From Gammaproteobacteria bacterium (GTDB taxonomy: Bacteria > Pseudomonadota > Gammaproteobacteria > Ga0077554 > Ga007554): DNA of 64,000 bases. The notes under the pieces were generated by a model. It searched no databases. It was not told the origin of the DNA and was given only the letters and a program-made list of their open reading frames with translations. Within the stretch, counting starts at the first letter, position 1. Each line of letters starts with the position of its first letter. The stretch spans positions 202 through 64,201 of the forward strand of contig JAHFRW010000003.1 of NCBI GenBank assembly GCA_023266055.1, in the 5' to 3' direction. Shown piece by piece: positions 11,147 through 19,376 of the stretch. The translations under genes were made by a program, and so were the position numbers.

Positions 11147-11773
11147 ATGATAGGTATCTTTGGAGGTACGTTTGATCCTGTGCATACGGGTCATGTGCGC
11201 GTCGCACTGGATATCCGTCAGGATCTGGCGCTGGACGAGGTGCGTCTGATTCCCTGTAATGTTTCGCCGCATCGTTGTGCGCCATTGGCCAGTGGCGCAC
11301 AACGCCTCGCCATGCTTCAGGCCGCGATTCAGGACGAAGCAGGGCTACGGGTTGATGACCGTGAGTTGCGTCGTGCGGCACCGTCGTACACGGTAGATAC
11401 ATTGTTATCGTTGCGTGCAGAGTTGGGGGATATACCCTTGTGTTTAATGATGGGCATGGATTCCTTTCAGGCATTGAATACCTGGCATCGCTGGCGTGAC
11501 ATCATGACGCTGGCACATATTGTAGTGATGACACGGCCTGGCTGGCTGCCACCCACACAGGGTGAAGTGGCAATGTTGGTAGAGCAGCATGGCGTGTATG
11601 ACCCCACGTTATTGCGTGGCACGTCGGCGGGACATGTTTTTTTGCGGCCGGTATCGCAACTGGATATTTCGGCGTCACGTGTTCGCGCCTGCATCAGGGA
11701 AGGTAAAAGCGCTCGTTACTGGGTGCCGGATGGCGCGTGGGGGATGATCGAAAAGGAAGGGATTTATCGTTAA
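11147..11773 (+). CDS. nadD: Nicotinate-nucleotide adenylyltransferase
   Basis: GGTFDPVHTGH, SYTVDTL, ISASRVR. Confidence 0.96.
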   Translation: MIGIFGGTFDPVHTGHVRVALDIRQDLALDEVRLIPCNVSPHRCAPLASGAQRLAMLQAAIQDEAGLRVDDRELRRAAPSYTVDTLLSLRAELGDIPLCLMMGMDSFQALNTWHRWRDIMTLAHIVVMTRPGWLPPTQGEVAMLVEQHGVYDPTLLRGTSAGHVFLRPVSQLDISASRVRACIREGKSARYWVPDGAWGMIEKEGIYR

Positions 11774-11843
11774 CAGACACTGGATTTTCAGTGGTCTGGC
11801 ATGATTACACAGGGCATTGCCCATTATTTGAGACTATATAGTA

Positions 11844-12212
11844 ATGCATTCTGAACAATTAAAAGACCTTGCAGTGACCGCATTGGAAGATATGAAGGCG
11901 GTTGATATTAAAGTATTTGATGTGCGCGGTATCACCAGCATTGCCGATTATATGGTAATTGCCACGGGAACCGCAGATCGTCATGTTAAATCAGTGGCAG
12001 ATAATGTTGTTACCAGAGCCAAGCAAGCCGGGGAACGCCCGATAGGTGTGGAAGGTGAGCGTGAAGGTGAATGGGTGCTGGTGGACCTGGATGATGTGGT
12101 CGTGCATGTGATGTTGCCACGCACCCGCGATTTTTATCAGCTCGAAAAATTATGGGATGTGGGTGAAGGCATGAAAGCATCGCCAGGAAAGTGGCGAGAA
12201 GCTAGCACCTGA
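11844..12212 (+). CDS. rsfS: Ribosome silencing factor RsfS
   Basis: [32 protein letters not shown]. Confidence 0.96.
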   Translation: MHSEQLKDLAVTALEDMKAVDIKVFDVRGITSIADYMVIATGTADRHVKSVADNVVTRAKQAGERPIGVEGEREGEWVLVDLDDVVVHVMLPRTRDFYQLEKLWDVGEGMKASPGKWREAST

Positions 12213-12217
12213 CTGAT

Positions 12218-12256
12218 ATTCAGCACATCACCATTAACGCGGGTGATGTGCTGAAT
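12218..12256. terminator. Hairpin between convergent rsfS and OmpA lipoprotein genes
   Basis: 15-bp stem ATTCAGCACATCACC / GGTGATGTGCTGAAT. Confidence 0.6.
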
Positions 12257-12278
12257 GTATGCAGTGCCGTTTCAGTAA

Positions 12279-12965
12279 CTACCCCTGATTTTTCTGTGAT
12301 TCCTTGAGCAGTTGTTCGTTTGGTGAAATATGCAGCTCTACCCGCCGATTTTGCGTGCGGCCCTCGGCGGTGCCATTGGTGGCAATAGGATTGTCTGGCC
12401 CAAAGCCCATCACCGTCATACGGCTGGGTGCGACACCCTGATTTGATAAAAACAGACGTACTGCATTGGCGCGCCGCTCGGAGAGTTGCTGGTTATAGCT
12501 CATGGTACCGACGTTATCGGTGTAACCGGCAACGGTGACTTCTGTTTTATCATATTTCTTCAGGATTTCGGAAATCTTTTCCAGATTGGCTTTTGATTCC
12601 GGCTTGAGTGTGGCTTCGTTGGTATCAAACAGGATTTTGTCTTTCATGGTGGCGACGATGCCGTCTTCAACACGTTCAACCTGGGCTACCTGTGCCAGTT
12701 CCTGTGCCTGTTTATCCATATAGTTTCCCACGACACCCCCGGTTGCGGCGCCCAGCAAGCCGCCAATCAAGGCACCTTTGCCGGCATTTCCTTTTTTACT
12801 GCCAATCAGGCCGCCGACGATGGCACCACTCAAACCACCTATGGCGGCACCTTTTTGGGTGCGTGAGGCGTCAGAAGTGGCCGCACAACCTGCCTGCACC
12901 AACGCAAATGCGCTGAGGGTGAGAAGAATGAGTCCTTTTTTCCAGCAATTATTCATGAGCTTCAA
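12279..12965 (-). CDS. OmpA-family lipoprotein with glycine zipper (YiaD-like)
   Basis: Lipobox QAGC, Gly-zipper GAAIGGLSGAIVGGLIG, GYTDNVG...LSERRA...NRRVE. Confidence 0.9.
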   Translation of the reverse strand: MKLMNNCWKKGLILLTLSAFALVQAGCAATSDASRTQKGAAIGGLSGAIVGGLIGSKKGNAGKGALIGGLLGAATGGVVGNYMDKQAQELAQVAQVERVEDGIVATMKDKILFDTNEATLKPESKANLEKISEILKKYDKTEVTVAGYTDNVGTMSYNQQLSERRANAVRLFLSNQGVAPSRMTVMGFGPDNPIATNGTAEGRTQNRRVELHISPNEQLLKESQKNQG

Positions 12966-13045
12966 GTCTCCATTGAAAATGGCGCAGATTGTGTGAATGG
13001 CTGCCCAATATAACCATGTGGTGAAAATATTATATAGCGTAGCTT

Positions 13046-13158
13046 TAACAGGATGCTAAATAAAGATCATTCATGGCCTTTATTTAGCGCATAAACCGTG
13101 CTTGAAAAATGGCAGTGCATCCATCCATTGCACGCAGACCGTTTTCAACAACCTGCTA
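13046..13158. mobile_element. MITE-like element with IS-type terminal inverted repeats
   Basis: Ends TAACAGGATGCTAAATAA ... TTTTCAACAACCTGCTA; a related half end GCAGGCTGCTGAAAAAC occurs at ~43531. Confidence 0.5.
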
Positions 13159-13399
13159 AAGAATCAGCGAATGGCATAATGGAAATGTGAAACCATATGA
13201 TCGAGCGAGATTTTTCGTTTTCCGACCTTGTATTTTGAGTTTCCTTATGCCATGGCTGTGATGCCGATATGGCCTTCGTAGCTTTTTTAGAGGTACATTG
13301 TATTATATCACACGGTTTTTGCTGTATCTTGTTTTCCTGTTGCAGGAAGAGACATTTGCCGATAGTGTGTTATAACCAGTATGCAAGCAAGAGTCGGGT

Positions 13400-13870
13400 A
13401 TGAAAATTTATTTGATTGCGGTGGGTGATCGTATGCCGTTCTGGGTGACGCAGGGCTATCAGGAATACGCCAAACGTCTCCCGTCTGAATGCAGCTTGCA
13501 TTTGATTGAAACTGGTCTGGGCAAACGCAGTAAAAATACCAATATTGAACGCGCCGTGCAGGATGAGGGCGAGCGTATGCTGGCGGCTATCCCCAAAGGT
13601 TGTCGTAATATTGCGCTGGATGTACAGGGGCGGCAATGGAGTACCCCGGAACTGGCGCAGCATATGGAAGGCTGGATGCAGGGTGGCCGTGATGTGGCAT
13701 TGCTGGTGGGGGGGCCGGATGGGTTGGCGTCAGAATGTCTGGCACAGGCGGAGGGCCGATGGTCATTATCGCCGCTGACATTACCCCATCCATTGGTGCG
13801 TATTGTACTTGCGGAGCAATTATATCGGGCCTGGAGTATTTTGAAAGGGCATCCTTATCACCGTGGATAA
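13400..13870 (+). CDS. rlmH: 23S rRNA m3Psi1915 methyltransferase
   Basis: LIAVGDRMP, VGGPDGL, LTLPHPLVR, EQLYRAWSILKGHPYHR. Confidence 0.97.
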   Translation: MKIYLIAVGDRMPFWVTQGYQEYAKRLPSECSLHLIETGLGKRSKNTNIERAVQDEGERMLAAIPKGCRNIALDVQGRQWSTPELAQHMEGWMQGGRDVALLVGGPDGLASECLAQAEGRWSLSPLTLPHPLVRIVLAEQLYRAWSILKGHPYHRG

Positions 13871-14477
13871 TTCAGCTATGTGCAGCGCATCAAAAAAATA
13901 CACACATCCTCATTCGTCAGGCCGTTGTTTCAAGGCCATGTTACTGGGTTTTTTCTGTATGGTGGTTGTGTCTGTCGCTCTGGCGGAAGAGGCTGCTCCC
14001 TGGGTGGTAGTGGATACGCAGCAACAAACCTTGGCGGTGCTTGAGGCCGATGGAAAAATTATTGAATATTTTTCTTACGTGGCATTGGGGCGAGGTGGCG
14101 CGGCCCAGGACCGTGTGCACGGTGACCGCAAGACACCGCGGGGTACTTTTTACGTTGCGTGGATTAATCCCGATAGTCGCTTCACCCTTTTCTTTGGGCT
14201 GGATTTTCCCACAGTGGAGCATGCGGATCGTGCCTATCTTGGAGGTGTTATTGATCGCGATACTTATCGCAATCTGCTTGATGCTGCACTCGATAACCGC
14301 ATTCCTCCCCAGGATACACCTTTGGGTGGGCGCATTGGCATTCATGGTTTGGGGGATAAGGATTCACGTTTTCATTATGCGGATAACTGGACGGAAGGGT
14401 GTGTTGCGTTGACGAACCAGGAAATAAAAAAACTCGCGCAATGGATTCATCTCGGTACTCGGATTGTAATTTTCTGA
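13863..14477 (+). CDS. L,D-transpeptidase (YkuD family)
   Basis: GDRKTPRG and catalytic IGIHG...NWTEGCVAL; signal-like segment; exact start uncertain. Confidence 0.88.
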   Translation: MDNSAMCSASKKYTHPHSSGRCFKAMLLGFFCMVVVSVALAEEAAPWVVVDTQQQTLAVLEADGKIIEYFSYVALGRGGAAQDRVHGDRKTPRGTFYVAWINPDSRFTLFFGLDFPTVEHADRAYLGGVIDRDTYRNLLDAALDNRIPPQDTPLGGRIGIHGLGDKDSRFHYADNWTEGCVALTNQEIKKLAQWIHLGTRIVIF

Positions 14478-14672
14478 GAATATATTCGGGTTGATTTTGA
14501 ATAATGGCAGTGCTTCATTTCATTAAATTCCCTGTTTTTGTCGTCATTTGGTGACGCGTTTTTTGCGTTCTACTGCTGGAAAAACTATTGAATGTAGTTT
14601 ACCCTAGCTACGCATGGAATTTCGTGCTGTAGTCTGGATGTATTTTTGATAGTTAAAAGGATGTAAGGAGAC

Positions 14673-15059
14673 ATGCTGATGAATGAGATGAGTAACAAGT
14701 CAATCACCGCCCTGAAATTAATCCCCATTGTGTTGACGCTGGCCCTGACGGCCTGTGCAACGAGTGGTGATCTGGAGAAGGCAACCGCTGCCGCTGATGA
14801 TGCACAAGGTGCTGCCACTACGGCACAAACCAAGGCAGATCAAGCCTTGACAAAATCCGACCAGGGCTTGACGAAGGCCAGCACAGCGCAGTCCACAGCC
14901 GATCAAGCCTTGAGCAAGGCGACTGCCGCACATTCCGCAGCCGATCAGGCCCTGGGAAAGGCGAATGCAGCGCAATCCACGGCGGATGATGCTAATCGCA
15001 AGGTTGATCAGTTGAGTGAGAAGCTGGATCGTATGTTCAGGAAAGCGATGGAAAAATAA
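14673..15059 (+). CDS. Lpp/OprI-like alanine-zipper lipoprotein
   Basis: Lipobox LTAC, heptad Ala-rich repeats, C-terminus KLDRMFRKAMEK ending in Lys. Confidence 0.85.
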   Translation: MLMNEMSNKSITALKLIPIVLTLALTACATSGDLEKATAAADDAQGAATTAQTKADQALTKSDQGLTKASTAQSTADQALSKATAAHSAADQALGKANAAQSTADDANRKVDQLSEKLDRMFRKAMEK

Positions 15060-15095
15060 GGCGTCGCCGAATTCTGGCGATTTCTTCAGTAGTTA

Positions 15096-15158
15096 AATGC
15101 ACTCTCACACAACAAAAAACCCCGTATAACGGGGTTTTTTGTTGTGTGAGAGTGCATT
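15096..15158. terminator. Long perfect hairpin, probable bidirectional terminator
   Basis: 30-bp perfect stem AATGCACTCTCACACAACAAAAAACCCCGT, 3-nt loop, with A6/T6 tracts, between convergent genes. Confidence 0.85.
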
Positions 15159-15168
15159 ATTTTCCTTC

Positions 15169-15258
15169 GAGCCTATTCAATATCTCGCTGAAGGGCGCAT
15201 CGCGGCGTTGGAAACCCTTCGCTTCGCTCTTCCCTTGATCGAGATATTGAATAGGCTC
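15169..15258. mobile_element. 90-bp MITE (family shared with 45899-45986)
   Basis: Perfect 19-bp TIR GAGCCTATTCAATATCTCG / CGAGATATTGAATAGGCTC; interior aligns with the second copy. Confidence 0.85.
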
Positions 15259-16638
15259 TTAATTAGTACTGGTGCGGCGAGATGCGATCGGTTTCATCAG
15301 TGTTTTGATGCCGAGCTGTGTCTGGATGCGGCTTTGTGATCCCTGCGCTTCATCCTTGTTGCTGAATGGGCCGACCAGCACGCGGTGTCCAGTGCTGGTA
15401 GAAATATACTGTGCCTCTGCGGCTATGGCAGGGGTCATGTCACGCAACTGGGTGGTGAGTCGTTGTGCGTTATCCTTATTTTTGAAATTACCTACCTGAA
15501 TGTACCAGCGGGTTGATTCAGGTGCTGCTGGTGTTGTTGAGGCTATTTGAGGGGTGGGCAAGGGTGTCGGCGTCGCTGTGGTGGGAGTTGTTTTTGCCTG
15601 TCCGCTATTATCGTCGGATGCTTCTGTGATGCCAGTGCTGGTGGGTACGGTGCTGCTATCATCCATCATTGGCAATGCCGCAAACAGGTCGCTCAACGGT
15701 GGAGCGTTTGTTGAGATGGGTACCGGGAATCCCGGGTGGTGTTGAGCGACGCGGATTAACCTGCTCCAGTTAATATTGGTGCGATCTTCGGCTTTGGTTG
15801 CACGAATCACTTCCTTGACGGCGGGTGTCAGGCTGCCATCCAGTATTTTTATTTCTTCTTCCAGGGGTGTATGCGCTTCTATGTAAAGCGTATTGTTGTG
15901 CCATCCAGCGGTATAGGGTTTATTGATAATGTTAACGGCAACCCCGATGGGGATTGTTTCAAACAGTTGGGCAATGTCTTCAGGATACAGGTGAATACAG
16001 CCATGGCTGACACGCATGCCAATGCCGAAGGGTTTGTTGGTGCCATGGATCAGGTAGCTTGGTAATCCCAAACGCATGGCAAACTGGCCCAGCGGATTAT
16101 CCGGGCCGGGAGGGACCACGGCAGGTAAAGGGTCACCCTTTTTGGCATGTTCTTCCCGAATGGAGGCGGGTACAGTCCAGGTGGGGTCTTTTTGCTTGCC
16201 AATCACCTGGGTGGTACCGAGAGGTGTTGACCAGCCTTCCTTGCCAATGCCGATGGGATGGGTGACCACTACCGCTTGTTCACCCGGTTTGGCAGGCGGG
16301 AAATAAAACAGGCGCATGGTCGCCACATTCAGAATGATGCCCTGGCGGGGGGCATCGGGCAATATAAACTGGGTGGGTAAGACGATGACGGTACCTTCGC
16401 CGGGTAGCCAGGGATCGACGGTGGGGTTGGCGGCAACAATTTCGTTATAACCCAGATCATGCCGCCGCGCGAGATCCGACAGCGTGTCTGCATGTTTGGC
16501 GACGGTAATGCGCAGCTCACCCACAAGATCGCTCCCGGGGTTCAGCGGGAAAGTATCTGCCATGGCGGGTGTATATGCGTACAATAACGTGCTGGACAGC
16601 GCGACGACGCGTAATGGGTGTGAGAATGGTGTGTTCAT
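15259..16638 (-). CDS. ErfK/YbiS-family L,D-transpeptidase with LysM-like N-terminus and C-terminal SPOR domain
   Basis: ANPTVDPWLP, PPGPDNPLG, YLIHGTN...VSHGCIHLYPEDI, WYIQVGNFKNKDNA. Confidence 0.93.
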   Translation of the reverse strand: MNTPFSHPLRVVALSSTLLYAYTPAMADTFPLNPGSDLVGELRITVAKHADTLSDLARRHDLGYNEIVAANPTVDPWLPGEGTVIVLPTQFILPDAPRQGIILNVATMRLFYFPPAKPGEQAVVVTHPIGIGKEGWSTPLGTTQVIGKQKDPTWTVPASIREEHAKKGDPLPAVVPPGPDNPLGQFAMRLGLPSYLIHGTNKPFGIGMRVSHGCIHLYPEDIAQLFETIPIGVAVNIINKPYTAGWHNNTLYIEAHTPLEEEIKILDGSLTPAVKEVIRATKAEDRTNINWSRLIRVAQHHPGFPVPISTNAPPLSDLFAALPMMDDSSTVPTSTGITEASDDNSGQAKTTPTTATPTPLPTPQIASTTPAAPESTRWYIQVGNFKNKDNAQRLTTQLRDMTPAIAAEAQYISTSTGHRVLVGPFSNKDEAQGSQSRIQTQLGIKTLMKPIASRRTSTN

Positions 16639-16998
16639 TAATTAAACGCTCCCTGCGTTGCCTGTAATCCGGGGTACGAAAGTAAAAAATCCATTTTTAA
16701 TCTTTTATTTATATGGTTCAATGCATTATTTTGCATAAAACGTCACCTGTAGCTGGCTGTGATCAGGTTTCACCAACGGCGTGGGGGCGTATGGTGATCG
16801 CCCGATTATCTATTCCTTATAATGTTGCTATAAATAGCAGCTATTTTCCAGTCATTTATTATACGGCATGCGGGGAACGGCCGAAAACAGGAGTTTTTTC
16901 GAGCAATGGGTTATTTGACTGATTTTAGGGGGTGTTGATGTTTTGGACGGGTGATCGTGCTTGCATCTTGACGTCTAAACATTGACACTTTCTGTCTG

Positions 16999-17649
16999 AT
17001 GCATACATTTCAGATTCATTTGGCTTCAACCTCACCACGGCGTCGAGCATTGCTCGATCAATTGGGGATACGTTATTGTGTCCAGCCGGTTGAAGTCGAT
17101 GAAACTTTACGTCTTCACGAGACGTCTGAACAGTACGTGCTGCGTCTGGCGCTTGCAAAGGCACGTGCTGGTTGGCAGGCGTGTAGCGCTAGCGCCCAGT
17201 CACTTTCTTCGATAACGGTTCCCGATAGCCAGATTTCGGCAACGTCCGGGTCTGCGCCACGGTGTCCGGTGCTGGGTGCGGATACGTCGGTCGTCATTGC
17301 GGGTGAGGTTCTGGGCAAACCCCGTGATCGTGAGGATGGTCTGGAAATGCTGGAACGATTATCTGGGTGCAGTCATCAGGTGATGACCGCAATAGCACTG
17401 GTAGAGGGCGCACGTGAAGCGACACGCCTGAGTGTAAGTACGGTAGTGTTTTGTACCACTACCCTGGCAGAGCGCGCCGCGTATTGGGAAACGGGTGAAC
17501 CGTTGGGCAAGGCGGGAGGTTACGCGATTCAGGGACGGGCAGCGGCGTTTATTACACGCCTGGAAGGCAGTTTTTCAGGTGTAATGGGTTTGCCGTTATA
17601 TGAAACGGCAGACATATTGAATGAATTTGGTATTGCCGTGCTGCGTTAG
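16999..17649 (+). CDS. maf: Maf/YhdE nucleoside triphosphate pyrophosphatase
   Basis: [30 protein letters not shown]; carries a ~25-aa low-complexity insert. Confidence 0.95.
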   Translation: MHTFQIHLASTSPRRRALLDQLGIRYCVQPVEVDETLRLHETSEQYVLRLALAKARAGWQACSASAQSLSSITVPDSQISATSGSAPRCPVLGADTSVVIAGEVLGKPRDREDGLEMLERLSGCSHQVMTAIALVEGAREATRLSVSTVVFCTTTLAERAAYWETGEPLGKAGGYAIQGRAAAFITRLEGSFSGVMGLPLYETADILNEFGIAVLR

Positions 17650-17695
17650 CGCGTTATTTTTAATATTCAATAATTGGATACACGGGACGGCCAAG

Positions 17696-19330
17696 GTGAA
17701 TCAGGAAATTCTTATTAATGTAACACCTCGCGAAACACGGGTAGCCGTCGTAGAGAATGGTGTGTTGCAGGAAGTCTACATTGAGCGTACCGGGCGTCGT
17801 GGTTTGGTGGGTAACGTCTACAAGGGATGGGTGAGTCGTATACTGCCAGGTATGCAGGCGGCATTTATTGATATTGGCCTGGAACGTACCGCTTTTCTGC
17901 ACGCGTCTGATATTTCTGTCACGGTACCCGGGGAAGATCGGCGGGATAAGGTACAGGCTGCTGTGCATGATCCCATGACCGCTAATAATAGTGCGGTTGC
18001 ATGGGTTCATGATGTTGCGGACTGTGACACAGTATCTGGAGCGGTGATCGAGCAATCCGGGCAGTTACCAAAGGCGCCAGAAATTGTGTTGGAAGGAAAA
18101 AAAGAGCATTCGATTAATCATTTGTTGCGTGAAGGGCAGGATATATTGGTGCAGGTGGTGAAAGATCCATTAGGTACGAAAGGTGCACGTCTCACGACAC
18201 ATATTACCATTCCTTCGCGCTATCTTGTATTAATGCCGGATGTACATACAGTAGGGGTATCGCAGAAAATTGAAAGTGAAGAAGAGCGGCAACGTTTGAA
18301 AAATATTGTCACCTCGTTTATGACACCACCACCCGGTGATAGCAGAAATACCAGTGAAGGTTTTATTGTGCGTACTGCTGCCGAGGGGGTCACGGAAGAA
18401 GCCTTGCGAGCAGATATGGAATTTTTACGACGTGTGTGGGGATCGATTCGTCAGCGTATTCCTTCCATGGCAGCCCATACCATCGTGCATGAAGATTTAC
18501 CCTTGGCCTTGCGTATTTTGCGTGATCTTGTGGCAAGTGCGGTAGACAAGGTGCGTATTGATTCACGCGAAACCTATCAACGTGCTGTGCAGTTTGTTGA
18601 AAAATTTATACCTGATCTGGTGTCGCGTATTGAATATTATCCGGGTGAGCGCCCCATTTTTGATTTGTATTCCGTTGAAGACGAAATTCAAAAATCACTG
18701 GAGCGCAAGGTGCAGTTGAAATCAGGGGGTTATCTGATTATTGACCAGACTGAAGCCATGACAACGATTGATGTGAATACTGGTGCTTTTGTCGGCCATC
18801 GTAATCTTGAGGAAACCATTTTCAAAACCAACCTGGAGGCGGCACAGGCGATTGCACGGCAATTGCGCCTGCGTAATCTTGGAGGCATTATTATCCTTGA
18901 TTTTATTGATATGGTGGAAGAGGATCACAAGCGCCAGGTATTACGTGTTCTGGAGAAAAATATGGAGCGGGATCATGCCAAAACCTCCATCAGTGGGGTC
19001 TCGGCGCTTGGGTTGGTGGAAATGACGCGTAAACGTACCCGTGAAAGCCTTGCGCATGTATTGTGTGCACCGTGCCCGACCTGTGCCGGGCGTGGTCTGC
19101 TTAAGACACCGGAAACGGTTTGTTATGAGATTTTTCGGGAAATTCTCCGTTCGACGCGCCAATTTGATTCCAATCAATTATTGGTGCTGGCATCTCAGTC
19201 AGTAGTGGACGCGTTACTGGAGGAAGAATCTACCAGTATTGCAGAGTTGGAGGCCTTTGTCGGGAAGCCGATAAAATTCCAGGTGGAGGCATTGTATACG
19301 CAGGAACAATTTGACGTGGTGCCTGTGTAG
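17696..19330 (+). CDS. rng: Ribonuclease G
   Basis: EILINVTPRETRVA (GTG start 17696), KDPLGTKGARLT, TTIDVNTG, LRNLGGIIILDFIDM. Confidence 0.97.
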   Translation: MNQEILINVTPRETRVAVVENGVLQEVYIERTGRRGLVGNVYKGWVSRILPGMQAAFIDIGLERTAFLHASDISVTVPGEDRRDKVQAAVHDPMTANNSAVAWVHDVADCDTVSGAVIEQSGQLPKAPEIVLEGKKEHSINHLLREGQDILVQVVKDPLGTKGARLTTHITIPSRYLVLMPDVHTVGVSQKIESEEERQRLKNIVTSFMTPPPGDSRNTSEGFIVRTAAEGVTEEALRADMEFLRRVWGSIRQRIPSMAAHTIVHEDLPLALRILRDLVASAVDKVRIDSRETYQRAVQFVEKFIPDLVSRIEYYPGERPIFDLYSVEDEIQKSLERKVQLKSGGYLIIDQTEAMTTIDVNTGAFVGHRNLEETIFKTNLEAAQAIARQLRLRNLGGIIILDFIDMVEEDHKRQVLRVLEKNMERDHAKTSISGVSALGLVEMTRKRTRESLAHVLCAPCPTCAGRGLLKTPETVCYEIFREILRSTRQFDSNQLLVLASQSVVDALLEEESTSIAELEAFVGKPIKFQVEALYTQEQFDVVPV

Positions 19331-19376
19331 TGTCAATAGCGTGTTCAGTATATGTATATATAAATAGACGTTTTTT

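Noticed and set aside
14820-14990. Regularly spaced DNA repeats as a possible CRISPR array
   Set aside because: They are in-frame coding repeats of the lipoprotein, with no unique spacers and no cas genes
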